From Leptolyngbyaceae cyanobacterium (lineage in GTDB: Bacteria; Cyanobacteriota; Cyanobacteriia; Phormidesmidales; Phormidesmidaceae), in contig JBHJHA010000062.1 in assembly GCA_050331235.1 (NCBI GenBank), positions 1 through 34,246 of the forward strand: a DNA stretch of 34,246 bases. Direction: 5' to 3'. Made by a program: the position numbers and the translations under genes. This document shows, in pieces, positions 8,026 to 18,076 of this stretch (the stretch's first letter is position 1; the number at the start of each line of letters is the position of its first letter). The notes beneath the pieces were generated by a model. The model made no database searches. It saw only the letters and a program-made list of their open reading frames with translations, and was not told the origin of the DNA.

Positions 8026-8940
8026 CTAAAGCTCGGCATCGACCGAAATATGACCGGAAAGCAATAGGTTGAGCGATCGCTGAATGAGCGCAATGGTGAG
8101 GCTGGGCTGCTCCAGTTGAGGTGTGAGTCCGACATCAGCAATCACTTCAAAGTGCTTGACAGCTTCACCGTTCAGCGCAACAAGACGCTCGCCCAGGTCG
8201 ATATCAGTAAACTGTGCCGCTTCACCCCAAAAGACGACAGTCGGCACCGTGAGCTGGGGCATCCACTCCGCGAGGTCAAAGCAAAGATCCCCGCGGACAA
8301 AGGCTAACGCCGCGTATTCTGCATTGGGTTGGGTCGCTGAAGCTAGATACGCAGCCACCATTTCATCACTGATCAAATCAGCATTGGCAAACTGCCGCTC
8401 GGTCAAAAAGCTGCGAATGCCAACACTGGTGGCGATCGCAGTTTGATAAAGGGCAGTGTCGAGCAATGGCACCCGCAAAATCTGAGGCAAAAAGCCCTGT
8501 TGAAAGTCTTTGCCAAAGTCAGACAGGCCGGCTGGGGTAACTAAGATCAATCCCTGCATCAAGTCAGGCTGTTGGACAGCGATGCGGACCAAAATAGCCG
8601 CGGTCAACGCTGAACCGAGGACAATGGCCCGAGGAGCCAAAGTCTCTAAAAATTGCACAATGGCGGATTCGTAATCTTGAATCTGATAGTTGCGGGCTGG
8701 ATGGTCAGAGTTGCCCCAACCGGGCAGGTCAGGAGCCAAGATCCGATAGTCTGTCGTAAAGGCAGGATACACTTTAGACCATTCATAGGCAGAGGAGCCT
8801 CCCCCAAAACCGTGGATGAACACTAACGTTTGCTCAGGCTGAGCAACCACAGGCCAAAATTCTGGCTGGGGGGCTGCGTATGCCACCGTACCCAGATCTG
8901 TCACTAGCGATCGTTGCTCAAATCCGGGTGCAATAAACAT
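8026..8940 (-). CDS. alpha/beta-hydrolase fold protein (catalytic motifs degenerate)
   Basis: FIHGFGGG oxyanion loop and APDLPGWG present; nucleophile elbow reads GSALT; the usual His position reads VGLTPQLE; SD-like AGGAGA upstream. Confidence 0.9.
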   Translation of the reverse strand: MFIAPGFEQRSLVTDLGTVAYAAPQPEFWPVVAQPEQTLVFIHGFGGGSSAYEWSKVYPAFTTDYRILAPDLPGWGNSDHPARNYQIQDYESAIVQFLETLAPRAIVLGSALTAAILVRIAVQQPDLMQGLILVTPAGLSDFGKDFQQGFLPQILRVPLLDTALYQTAIATSVGIRSFLTERQFANADLISDEMVAAYLASATQPNAEYAALAFVRGDLCFDLAEWMPQLTVPTVVFWGEAAQFTDIDLGERLVALNGEAVKHFEVIADVGLTPQLEQPSLTIALIQRSLNLLLSGHISVDAEL

Positions 8941-9119
8941 TCTAAATCTCCTCTGTCATGGGTCATGGGCTAGCATTCGTCAGCCACTGACTACACCGCT
9001 ATTGACGAATCCTGGGGATGGCTGGCTGACAATTTTGGGGCCGTGATCCCTTTCTTTCCAGTACACCACGACTTTGAGCTTTGAAACCTAGCGGACGAAT
9101 GAACTTATGACGACATTCC

Positions 9120-9146
9120 AGTTGACTTTAAATAAGTTGACTTTAA
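9120..9146. repeat. direct repeat AGTTGACTTTAA x2 (period 15) in a divergent intergenic region
   Basis: Exact 12-mers at 9120-9131 and 9135-9146. Confidence 0.75.
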
Positions 9147-9415
9147 CCAAACTGTCAGAGTCCAGGGTTGGGTCTAACGGCTCTTAATCGTGATATTGCG
9201 ATTCTAGGGGGGCGGCCATCAATCAAAGATGAGCACCTGGCAAAAGTTATGAGGTTTTCTTTAAGGAGGCTCTCACCCTGTACGCAGTTCATCAACTAAG
9301 GCGCTAGTGTAGACTGTGGCGAGATTTCCCGAAAGTTCTTGCACAGTGCGGGCTACAGAGAAACCTCATAGAACTTATACTCGTCAGTCCCCATTAGTTG
9401 TTTGATATAAGCTCC

Positions 9416-9787
9416 ATGTTTTCACGACTTTTTTCGGCTAGTTTGTTGGGTCTTAGCTTATCGGCCTTGGCGCTGCCAGCGGCGGCCCGGCCGCAAATCG
9501 CCAGTGGCGATCAGTGGTTGTCAGGGGTTAGTCAGTCTGAGTGCCTGAGCCGCGCAGATGATTTTATCCGTGAGCTAGATGTCCCTAATCAAGCCGGCGA
9601 TATTGATCGCACCGGCTTCTTTGATGATGGGGTCTTTCGCATTCTTTGTTACGGCGGCGGCGAAGAGTCCAGCATGGTTCTGGTCTTTTCTGCCCACAAT
9701 GAGAGTGGCGAAGTAGCAGCACAGTTTTTGCAGTTTGCTCTAGAAGAACTGGCTGGTGATTTTGTCACCAGCGAACAAGCGCTGTAA
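9416..9787 (+). CDS. small secreted hypothetical protein
   Basis: Sec signal (LLGLSLSALALPAAA) and a mature domain with two Cys; ATG 9416 preferred over TTG 9398. Confidence 0.75.
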   Translation: MFSRLFSASLLGLSLSALALPAAARPQIASGDQWLSGVSQSECLSRADDFIRELDVPNQAGDIDRTGFFDDGVFRILCYGGGEESSMVLVFSAHNESGEVAAQFLQFALEELAGDFVTSEQAL

Positions 9788-9792
9788 GCACG

Positions 9793-9835
9793 ATCGCGCC
9801 ACCTTCCAAAATGATGGTTGAGAAGGCGGCGCGAT
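9793..9835. terminator. hairpin between convergent genes (probable terminator or 3' stabiliser)
   Basis: ATCGCGCCACCTTC (9793-9806) pairs with GAAGGCGGCGCGAT (9822-9835) at 13/14; the mismatch is a G-U pair on the minus-strand RNA. Confidence 0.65.
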
Positions 9836-9856
9836 TACGAAGTTTGTGGGCTCAAA

Positions 9857-11569
9857 CTAGCGACTTTGAGGCTGTAAGCTAGCGGTCAAAGCGGCGACCG
9901 GAGGTAAAAAATCTGCTGCTCTCTCTACAGAGTTCTGCAGGATCGCGTTCCAAGCCACGCCAAAAACCTTTGAAGGAGTAATGTCATCCTTCACGAGATT
10001 CCAGAGTTTTTGCATTTCTTCGGTGTGTAATCGATTGTCCTCAGTCATGGCCAGAATGAGGCGATCGCGGATGTATTGTCCATCCTCCGACATGAGAAAC
10101 TGAATACCCAAGCTAGCAGTAGGCAGAATGTTGAAATCTTCATCACTGCGGGCAATTTGCAGCAGATTTTCCAAACGCTGCCACTGAAATTTGCCATCTT
10201 TGAATAAGACTTCCAACAAACGACGACGCAATGAGGCCGTTTCTCCTTTTAGCAAACGTCGAGCGACGTAGGGATAGGCGATGTCAACAATCTTGAAGTC
10301 AGGATTGAGACTTAGGGCCACCCCCTCTTGCGTCACCAAAGAACGAATAATCAGAGCAAACTTGGCAGGGACCCGAAACGGATATTCATACATCAGTTCC
10401 GAGAAACGATCAGTAATGGTCTTGAAATTAAAGTCGCGGACCTTCGCACCTAGGGCATCCCCCAAGACCGTTTCTAAAGCGGGGATAATCGGCTCGATAT
10501 CGGTATCAGGTGTCAAAAAGCCCAGCTTGACAAAGTCCGCGGCAAGCGTGGTGTAGTCCTGGTTGATTAGATGGACTACCGCATCCACTAACGTTTCCTT
10601 AGTCTCTTGGCCAAGCTGATCCATCATGCCAAAGTCGATATAGGCCATGCGCCCATCGGTCATGGCAAACAGGTTACCGGGATGCGGATCAGCCTGAAAA
10701 AAGCCATATTCCAGCAGCTGCTGTAGCCCCGAAGTCACCCCTACCTCAATCAGTGTGTCTGTGCTGAGCGCTGCTGCTTGAATACTGCCAATATCCGTCA
10801 GTTTGAAACCGTCAATCCATTCTAAGGTCAGAACCCTATCGCTGCTGTAGCGCCAGTAGATACTGGGTACCTTGATTTTGGGATCGTCTTGAAAATTAGC
10901 TGCAAACAGCTCGGCATTGCGACCTTCGTTGAGGTAATCAATTTCCTCAAACAATTTGGTGCCAAACTCATCGACGATCAGCGTCAAGTCGTGCCCCAGA
11001 TTAAGGGGCAACAGCGGCCCCAACAGCCGCGCCGATAGCCGCATGATGAAAAGGTCGCAGGTAATTAGAGGCAACAGATTTGGTCGCTGTACTTTCACTG
11101 CCACGGTTTCACCGCTGTACAGCCGGGCTTGATAAACTTGCCCCAAGCTAGCCGCTGCCACGGGCTCTGGAGAAATGTAGCTAAATATCTCTTCGGGTGA
11201 ATAATTCAGCTCTCGTTCGACAATGGCCATGGCCATCGGGGTCGAGAAGGGTGGCAACTGGTCTTGCAGCTTCGTCAGCTCTTCCAAGAAGTCTTTGCGC
11301 ACTAAGTCAGGGCGGGTCGAGAGAGCTTGGCCCACCTTAATAAAGGTCGGCCCCAGTCGGGTCAGGAGCTGCCTGAGTTGTACTGCCCGTTTGTTTAAGT
11401 TGCGCTCCTCTCGCTGAAACCAGCGATCGCTCTGCAGCCCAAGCACAAATGTTCCTAACCACCAGAGCACTTGAATTGAGCGCCAGAGCACGCGCCAGGG
11501 ACGTCGCCAGTAATATTTCGCAATAACGTCAGAATTGTAAATCTTGGAGCGAAAAAGCGAAGCCTGCAT
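9857..11569 (-). CDS. ABC1/AarF/UbiB atypical kinase
   Basis: LGPTFIKVGQALSTRPD, AAASLGQVY, VAVKVQRP, ADPHPGN, IDFGMM. ATG 11569 preferred over TTG 11623. Confidence 0.95.
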   Translation of the reverse strand: MQASLFRSKIYNSDVIAKYYWRRPWRVLWRSIQVLWWLGTFVLGLQSDRWFQREERNLNKRAVQLRQLLTRLGPTFIKVGQALSTRPDLVRKDFLEELTKLQDQLPPFSTPMAMAIVERELNYSPEEIFSYISPEPVAAASLGQVYQARLYSGETVAVKVQRPNLLPLITCDLFIMRLSARLLGPLLPLNLGHDLTLIVDEFGTKLFEEIDYLNEGRNAELFAANFQDDPKIKVPSIYWRYSSDRVLTLEWIDGFKLTDIGSIQAAALSTDTLIEVGVTSGLQQLLEYGFFQADPHPGNLFAMTDGRMAYIDFGMMDQLGQETKETLVDAVVHLINQDYTTLAADFVKLGFLTPDTDIEPIIPALETVLGDALGAKVRDFNFKTITDRFSELMYEYPFRVPAKFALIIRSLVTQEGVALSLNPDFKIVDIAYPYVARRLLKGETASLRRRLLEVLFKDGKFQWQRLENLLQIARSDEDFNILPTASLGIQFLMSEDGQYIRDRLILAMTEDNRLHTEEMQKLWNLVKDDITPSKVFGVAWNAILQNSVERAADFLPPVAALTASLQPQSR

Positions 11570-11734
11570 TGCGAAATTTCCTAACACTGTGCGACAAGAG
11601 CACTGAAGTTGTCGAAAACTCAAAATAGCTGATTTAACTGCACCAGCCGATTAATTCTTTCGCTCGGTCAACTGATATCCATCGTCTATCGATCCCTAGA
11701 AGGGCACAGAGATGTTTCAGAGCTCTTAACAATA

Positions 11735-11748
11735 GTATAGAAAAATAC
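11735..11748. promoter_or_regulatory. candidate NtcA box GTA-N8-TAC
   Basis: aGTA-TAGAAAAA-TACa in the AT-rich divergent promoter region; no canonical TAN3T found 22-23 nt downstream on either strand. Confidence 0.35.
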
Positions 11749-11834
11749 AGTTATTCCTGCCGACTCCTTAACACTTATTAAGTAAAACTACTCACAGGGG
11801 GATCATTGACTCAAATCAATGGAGAGTCAATTCC

Positions 11835-11868
11835 TTATTGAGAGAAAAACGTTATTGAGAGAAAAACG
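11835..11868. repeat. 17-bp perfect tandem duplication TTATTGAGAGAAAAACG x2
   Basis: Copies at 11835-11851 and 11852-11868. Confidence 0.9.
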
Positions 11869-11935
11869 TTTGCCGGAGACTGACGCCCCTGGACTATCGC
11901 GCTATATGATCCTGTTTGAACAGCTGGGAAAGCAG

Positions 11936-12727
11936 ATGGACGGCACGATTGAACTCGGGTTTGGGCAAATTGCGCTAGCGCTAGTATTGATGGCAGCCGC
12001 GATCGCGCTGGTGCAGTGGCAACAGTTGGGGCTAGGGCTCACCATGCTGCACGCCACAGCGCGTACAGTCTTTCAACTATTTGCCGTGGGCTATATTTTG
12101 GGCATCGTCTTTGCCTGGCGCAACCCCTACAGCGTAGTGGCCGTCATCGTGGTCATGCTGGCCGTGGCTACGGTGGTCGCCCGCAATCGTATTGATCAAC
12201 GGTTGGCACGACTGCTGCCGATTCTGACTGGGTCCCTGCTGGTAAGCTTGCTGCTCACCCTGGTTTATACCACTGGCGTCGTCATCCGCCCCGAAGTCTG
12301 GTACGAACCTCGCTATGTCATCCCCCTGGCAGGCATTGTTCTGGGCAACGCCATGACGGCTGCCACCATCGCGGGCGATCGCCTCGTCAGCAGCTTGCGC
12401 AAACACCCCGTGGAGATTGAGGCTCACCTCAGTCTTGGGGCCAGTCCTCAGCAAGCGATCATGGGCTATCGGCAGGAAGCGATCAAAGCCGGTTTGATCC
12501 CCACGGTAAATGCCATGATGGTCGTCGGCATTGTTAAACTCCCAGGCATTATCACTGGGCAACTCCTGAGCGGCGCAGACCCGCTCAACGCCGCTTTTTA
12601 TCAAATGCTGATCATGTTTATGCTGGCGTTTTCGGATTTGGTCGCGGCGATCTTAGTCACCACCGGTGTCCGCCGCTTATTTTTTAATCAGGCTGCGCAG
12701 TTGATATCGCCTGAGACCCGTGCATAG
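11936..12727 (+). CDS. fetB: UPF0014/YbbM (FetB-like) ABC transporter permease
   Basis: RTVFQLFAVGYIL, PRYVIPLAGIVLGNAM, IEAHLSLGASP, GIVKLPGIITGQLLSGADP..A..YQ. ATG 11936 preferred; no fetA ATPase adjacent. Confidence 0.85.
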   Translation: MDGTIELGFGQIALALVLMAAAIALVQWQQLGLGLTMLHATARTVFQLFAVGYILGIVFAWRNPYSVVAVIVVMLAVATVVARNRIDQRLARLLPILTGSLLVSLLLTLVYTTGVVIRPEVWYEPRYVIPLAGIVLGNAMTAATIAGDRLVSSLRKHPVEIEAHLSLGASPQQAIMGYRQEAIKAGLIPTVNAMMVVGIVKLPGIITGQLLSGADPLNAAFYQMLIMFMLAFSDLVAAILVTTGVRRLFFNQAAQLISPETRA

Positions 12728-12834
12728 CAGATTCTGCCGGTCTCGTCTCGGGGTCACCAGGCAGCGCTATGACTCCAGGTTGCGATTTTGCTCAACTGCG
12801 CTGATTCCCGGAAAACACCCACGAACATACAAAC

Positions 12835-14760
12835 TTAATTTTTCACAAATCCGCCATATTCCGGCTTGTAGCGCGCAATAAACTGCCGATTTTCATCGTA
12901 AATTACGATCGGTAGCTGGACTTGATTGCCCAACTGCATAATCTTTTGCACCAATTCGTGGGTTTCTTCGATGACGGAATTGTTGCGCGTCAATCGACCC
13001 TGGGTCGACGGGGGAGAGATCGACTGCCGGATGGCGCTATCGTAGGGCTCCCGCAGCATCAGCTCAATTTGTTGGGGGCTGTATGTGTAGGTGCAAATCC
13101 CCTCTGCCAAAGGGCAGAGGGCAGCCAAATCTGCTTCGATGGACTGCATTGCAACAGCCTGCCGCAATTTGCTCTGGGCCTCTTTGAGGGAGGCTTGGTA
13201 ATCATTGAGCTGTCCTTGAGCATCGGCATAGCGCAAGGTCTCTTTGGGAACTTGGCGCATTTGAGCATAAGCTTCGCTCCAGTGGGTCACCGCTTGAGTC
13301 CATTGGTTTTGGCGCTCGGCAGCTTGCGCTTGCGCGGCATCCGCGAGGGCATCTTGATATGCGCGTTCGCCAGCTTGCTCAAACGTGGTGCGCGTTCGGG
13401 TCTGTACCGACTGACTGCGATAGTCCGCGAGGAGCGATCGCGCTTCTTCGTAGGCTAAGGTGCCCTTTGGAATTTGGCTGATGGCCTGTAGGGCCCGCGC
13501 CCATTCCCGCTGGGCTGTGAGCCAGTCGCTTAATGTTATGGCGGATTCGGTTTGCGCAGCCGCTATTTGGCCCGCTTCCAGGGCTTCATTGAGGTTAGCT
13601 TCGGCTTTTTCCTCTACGTCAAGCCGCTGGCCGATGGCCTCGTAGTTGGCTTCGTACTCCTGGAGCTTGCGGCTCGCAAAGTCAGCCATCATGCTGTCTT
13701 CGGGAATGCGTCTAAGGTGATTGACTGCCTTTTGCCAGAGCAGATGAATCTCGACCCATTGGGGCACAGGATGGGGAGGATCTTGACTTTTCTCAGAGGC
13801 GGCGGTGGCATTTTCTTGAGCCGCAATGATCCATTCCAAATCAGACAGTTGGGTCCGATAGCGCAGCAACTCGGCTTGAGCCGCATCATAGTCAGATGAC
13901 CACGACGGAATCGCTGACACCAGACGGATGGCCTTTTGTAGATCTTGGTGAGCGCTTTTGACCTCATCGGGACGGGGATTGCCCGCCAAATCGTTCAAGG
14001 TGTTTTGGCTCAGGTCACTCGCTGTCTGTCGCCGCTCACAGCTACCAAAGGTACAGGGTCGGCTAATGCCATAGGCGATCGCGCCGACGGTCACCCCGGC
14101 GACCATTAGCCCAACGACTGAGCGCCAGGGCAAATCTTGCCAGTCGGTTTGCACCCTTTGCCAGTTTTGCTGTAGTCGTTCGGGTTCAGTAAAGCCTTTG
14201 ACCGCCTGCCAGACGCTGTGGGGCGTGAGGGCATTCGGACGGGTCTTACTCCCCACAGCCGTCGGTTCGGTGGCGGCGGCAGCAGCAGTGTCCGTGGCGG
14301 AATTATGGGCAAGCAACACTAACGCTCCAGACACCTCAGGTTCCTTGACTGTTTCTTCCGAGGGCATGTCGCCGGTTTCCGCACTGTCAAACAAATCGGC
14401 TACGGCATCCGCTGGTTGCCAGCCACAGCTCCGGGCAGCATAAGGACTGGCAGTCCCCCGTCGCCGCAGATAAAGCCGAACTGGCAGCTCACCCTTATCG
14501 TCTATCAGGGCTTCGGGTAGCTCGGTTTCAGCCAAGCCGGTATTCATGGCGAGGGCTAAAGACTTAAAGCGTTCATCGCGATCGAAGGTGGTTTCTGCCG
14601 TGTCAACATCTTCGGACAGGACCAGCAAACGCCCCTGCTGAAAGCGGCAGCGAATGGTCGGTGTGGCTTCAGGAAGAATCTCAGCGATCGCATGTTGAAT
14701 GCGGTGCTCAAGGTTCGCAACAAATCGGTCTAAAGCAGCAAAGGAAGTGGAGGAAGTCAT
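12835..14760 (-). CDS. single-pass membrane protein with four helical repeats (cyanobacterial hypothetical)
   Basis: 641 aa; TM VVGLMVAGVTVGAIAYGI then RPCTFGSC; repeats of the form W..A...L..IP.....Y..A...L..Y. Confidence 0.85.
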   Translation of the reverse strand: MTSSTSFAALDRFVANLEHRIQHAIAEILPEATPTIRCRFQQGRLLVLSEDVDTAETTFDRDERFKSLALAMNTGLAETELPEALIDDKGELPVRLYLRRRGTASPYAARSCGWQPADAVADLFDSAETGDMPSEETVKEPEVSGALVLLAHNSATDTAAAAATEPTAVGSKTRPNALTPHSVWQAVKGFTEPERLQQNWQRVQTDWQDLPWRSVVGLMVAGVTVGAIAYGISRPCTFGSCERRQTASDLSQNTLNDLAGNPRPDEVKSAHQDLQKAIRLVSAIPSWSSDYDAAQAELLRYRTQLSDLEWIIAAQENATAASEKSQDPPHPVPQWVEIHLLWQKAVNHLRRIPEDSMMADFASRKLQEYEANYEAIGQRLDVEEKAEANLNEALEAGQIAAAQTESAITLSDWLTAQREWARALQAISQIPKGTLAYEEARSLLADYRSQSVQTRTRTTFEQAGERAYQDALADAAQAQAAERQNQWTQAVTHWSEAYAQMRQVPKETLRYADAQGQLNDYQASLKEAQSKLRQAVAMQSIEADLAALCPLAEGICTYTYSPQQIELMLREPYDSAIRQSISPPSTQGRLTRNNSVIEETHELVQKIMQLGNQVQLPIVIYDENRQFIARYKPEYGGFVKN

Positions 14761-15053
14761 AATCCTAAAGAACCGCTGAATACCTCGGCTGGCATCTATC
14801 TAAGTAAGCAGATTGAATGACTCGTAGCGTCGGTTATGGCTCCGAAGTATAGCAAGGGTCTTCAGCTTTGGAACACCCATCATCCAAGGCTTTGCCGCGA
14901 TGTCGGCACCCAGCTTCACCACGGCTCTCTATCCAGGGGGTACGCTGAGGCGAGACCGCTATCAATAGCGTTAGACAACTGACCATCAGGGATTGGAGAA
15001 CGTCTGCAAGGGTGCATCGTCACGACCAAGTCAGCGAATCACTCAAACCGGGT

Positions 15054-17951
15054 CTATTTGGCCTCCATCCAGTTCGGGCCAGCGCTAGCCTCCACAAGTA
15101 ATGGCACCTGGAGAGCAACCGCCGACTCCATCGTGTCGGTGATTTTGGGCTCCAGTTCAGTCCATTCATCCGGTGGCACTTCAAAGACTAACTCGTCGTG
15201 GACTTGCAGCAGGAGGCGAGCCTGATAATCCTTGAGCACCTCATGAAGGCGAATCATGGCAACTTTGATAATGTCGGCGCTGGATCCTTGAATGGGGGCA
15301 TTGGCGGCGGCTCGCAATTGCCCAGCATCGTAGCCGTTGATGCGCTTCAGGTTATCAAGATCAATCTCCTGAGGATTAGTCTCTTGCAGCTCCCGCAATT
15401 GACTGCTGGTGAAATTGAAGTAGCGGCGGCGACCCATTAAGGTTTGCACAAAGCCGTGGGCGATCGCTTCTCGCTGCATTTGCTGAAGATATTCAAACAC
15501 TCGAGGATAGCGATCGTAGTAGCGATCAATGAAGGTTTTGGCTTCACTACGGCTCACGTCCGCCTCCCGGGCAAACCGCGCCGCCCCCATGCCATAAATC
15601 ACCCCAAAATTGATAACCTTACCTAACTGCCGCTCCTCCAGAGTGATTTCATCCTTCTCAAACAAGAGGCGAGCGGTGAGTGCATGGACATCTTCTCGGT
15701 TGTTGTAAGCGTCGACCAGCACAGGCTCGCCGCTAAGATGGGCCAAGATCCGCAGCTCAATTTGAGAATAGTCAGCCGCTACCAGTTTCCACCCAGCGTG
15801 GGGAATGAATGCCGCTCGAATCTGGCGGCTAAACGCAGTTCGGATGGGAATGTTTTGCAGGTTGGGATTCGAGGAAGACAGTCGCCCAGTAGCCGTTACC
15901 GCCTGATTAAAGTCAGTGTGCACGCGATGGGTATCGCGGCGCACGAGCTCCGGCAGCGCATCGACATAGGTGGACTTGAGCTTCGACAGCGTACGATGCT
16001 CCACAATACAATCCACAACTGGATGCTCGCCTTGCAGTTTCTCCAAGGTAGCCGCATCTGTGGAGTATCCTCCCGACTTATTTTTGCGTGATTTCCGTTT
16101 ATCCAGCCCCAGCGTTTCAAACAAAAGGGTGCTGAGCTGCTTGGGCGAAGCCAGGTTAAAGGTCTCACCAGCCACTTCATAAGCGGTTTCTTCGATGCGT
16201 TTAAGATCAGTCTCCAGTTGTCGAGAAAAGTTGCCGAGATACTCTGAGTCGATGCGGATACCTTCATGCTCCATCGTTGCCAGCACGGGCTCTAGCGGCA
16301 GTTCCACGTCGGTGAACAACCGTTCGAGATCGGGATATTCAGCCAGCTCCGCTTGAAGTTTTGTCGTTAGCCGCCAGGTGGTGTGAACATCGCCGCCACA
16401 GTAGTTAGCCACAGCCGCAATGGATAAACCTGCGATTGTCTTCCCCTTTGGTACCAAATCGCTATAGCTGGGAGCCGCTACGTTGAGATACTTGAGGGAT
16501 AAATCGCTGAGGTTATGGCTGCCCTCTGGATTGAGCACATAGCTGGCTAACATCGTGTCAAACACCACACCTGCGAGCTCAATGCCCTGGACCCGCAACA
16601 CGAGTCGGTCATACTTGGCATTTTGCAGCACCTTGGGAAACTCTGCCCCTTCGAGGATGGGGCGCAACGCCTCCAGCACCGTGGCTTGGTCAAGCTGGGT
16701 ACCCGCTTTGTGGCCCATAGGAATGTAGGCCAAGTCGGTCGGGCGATCGCCCCAGCAGCAGCCAATTCCCACTAAGCCGGCATCGCGCGGCGTCAGCGAG
16801 GTGGTTTCGGTATCCCAGGCAACCGGATTGGCCGCATCGGTCTTGTCCTCCAGCACATTCAGCAGTTCATACAGCGCCTCTGCGGTGGTGATGACTTGTG
16901 GCGTGATATCGACCGCTTGAACGGCTTGGGCCTGATCCGTTTCTTCTGCCGAGAAAAAGTCAAGATCTGGATCGGAGCTGGCCTCGGGGGATGCTTTAGC
17001 GGCTTTTTCCGGCGGCGCTTCCCCTTTGAGAGCCGCCTCGATGTCGGGTAAGCGGTTGATAAATTGCTGAAACTCTAGTCGTTTGAGCCGCTCGGTCACG
17101 GCGGTAACGTCAAAGCCAGTCAGCTGGCAAATCTTGAGATGCGCGTCTAACTCCACATCGGTGACAATGCGAGCCATAGTCTGTGAATGGTAAGCACTGT
17201 CTCGACCTTCTTTCAGCTTTTTTTGGGTCGCCCCTTTGATATTGTCTAGGTCAGCGTAAATGGCATCCAGCGTGGTGTACTGGTTAAGCAGCTTAGCGGC
17301 GGTCTTGGCCCCAATGCCTTTGACTCCGGGAATGTTGTCAGAGGTATCACCACACAGCGCCTTATAATCCACCACTTGAGACGGTAGGATATCGAGCTTC
17401 TCTTTGACTTCCATCGCTCTAAATTCGCGGGCATTGCCTTTACCAGGACCTTTGGCAAAGATACTGCTGAGGTACAGCACTGAAACTAAGCCTTCGTCTT
17501 CGTCAATCAGTTGGAACAGGTCTTGGTCGCCACTCAAAATCTTGACTCGATAGCCTTCGGCCTTGGCCCGGGTCGAGAGGGTACCAATCACGTCATCCGC
17601 CTCGAAGCCCGGCGCTGTGGCCACACAAAATCCCATCGTGATAAGTAACTCTTGGAGGTTTTTGACATCCTCCAGAAAGTCTTCTGGGGCCTCTGGTCGT
17701 CCTTCTTTGTAGCTATCTGCCATCTCGTGGCGAAACGTAGGCTGATCGAGATCAAAGGCAATGGCCGCATACTGAGGGCGTTCGGCCTCAACGGTATCGA
17801 GCAGCGATTTGAGAAATCCGTAGGAGACGCTGGTGGGGATGCCGGTGGAGGTGCGCAAGCCGCCCTCTGGCCCCTTGGTATGGGCGTAGTAGGAACGAAA
17901 GGCTAAAGAGTGCCCATCGACGAGCATCAGTAAAGGAGATTGGTCAGCCAC
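15054..17951 (-). CDS. polA: DNA polymerase I
   Basis: 5'-3' exonuclease (LVDGHSLAFRSYY, EADDVIGT, GDTSDNIPGV), 3'-5' exonuclease (WDTETT), polymerase motifs ADYSQIELR, K.INFG.IYG, QVHDELVFE. GTG 17951 preferred as start. Confidence 0.98.
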   Translation of the reverse strand: MADQSPLLMLVDGHSLAFRSYYAHTKGPEGGLRTSTGIPTSVSYGFLKSLLDTVEAERPQYAAIAFDLDQPTFRHEMADSYKEGRPEAPEDFLEDVKNLQELLITMGFCVATAPGFEADDVIGTLSTRAKAEGYRVKILSGDQDLFQLIDEDEGLVSVLYLSSIFAKGPGKGNAREFRAMEVKEKLDILPSQVVDYKALCGDTSDNIPGVKGIGAKTAAKLLNQYTTLDAIYADLDNIKGATQKKLKEGRDSAYHSQTMARIVTDVELDAHLKICQLTGFDVTAVTERLKRLEFQQFINRLPDIEAALKGEAPPEKAAKASPEASSDPDLDFFSAEETDQAQAVQAVDITPQVITTAEALYELLNVLEDKTDAANPVAWDTETTSLTPRDAGLVGIGCCWGDRPTDLAYIPMGHKAGTQLDQATVLEALRPILEGAEFPKVLQNAKYDRLVLRVQGIELAGVVFDTMLASYVLNPEGSHNLSDLSLKYLNVAAPSYSDLVPKGKTIAGLSIAAVANYCGGDVHTTWRLTTKLQAELAEYPDLERLFTDVELPLEPVLATMEHEGIRIDSEYLGNFSRQLETDLKRIEETAYEVAGETFNLASPKQLSTLLFETLGLDKRKSRKNKSGGYSTDAATLEKLQGEHPVVDCIVEHRTLSKLKSTYVDALPELVRRDTHRVHTDFNQAVTATGRLSSSNPNLQNIPIRTAFSRQIRAAFIPHAGWKLVAADYSQIELRILAHLSGEPVLVDAYNNREDVHALTARLLFEKDEITLEERQLGKVINFGVIYGMGAARFAREADVSRSEAKTFIDRYYDRYPRVFEYLQQMQREAIAHGFVQTLMGRRRYFNFTSSQLRELQETNPQEIDLDNLKRINGYDAGQLRAAANAPIQGSSADIIKVAMIRLHEVLKDYQARLLLQVHDELVFEVPPDEWTELEPKITDTMESAVALQVPLLVEASAGPNWMEAK

Positions 17952-18076
17952 AGATTTCAGGTGCGATCGCGTGCAAAGGTCATGCAGCCATTGTAGAGGG
18001 CGCGATAGGAAAATCTGTAACGGGGTAAAACAGAGAGACGACCATCCCTGGCTAGCCTTTTCTACCAAGGGCAGGC

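Noticed and set aside
9248..9370. Inverted repeat TATGAGGTTT / AAACCTCATA about 100 bp apart, considered as MITE ends
   Set aside because: Only 10 bp, AT-rich, no flanking duplication and no second copy in the window.
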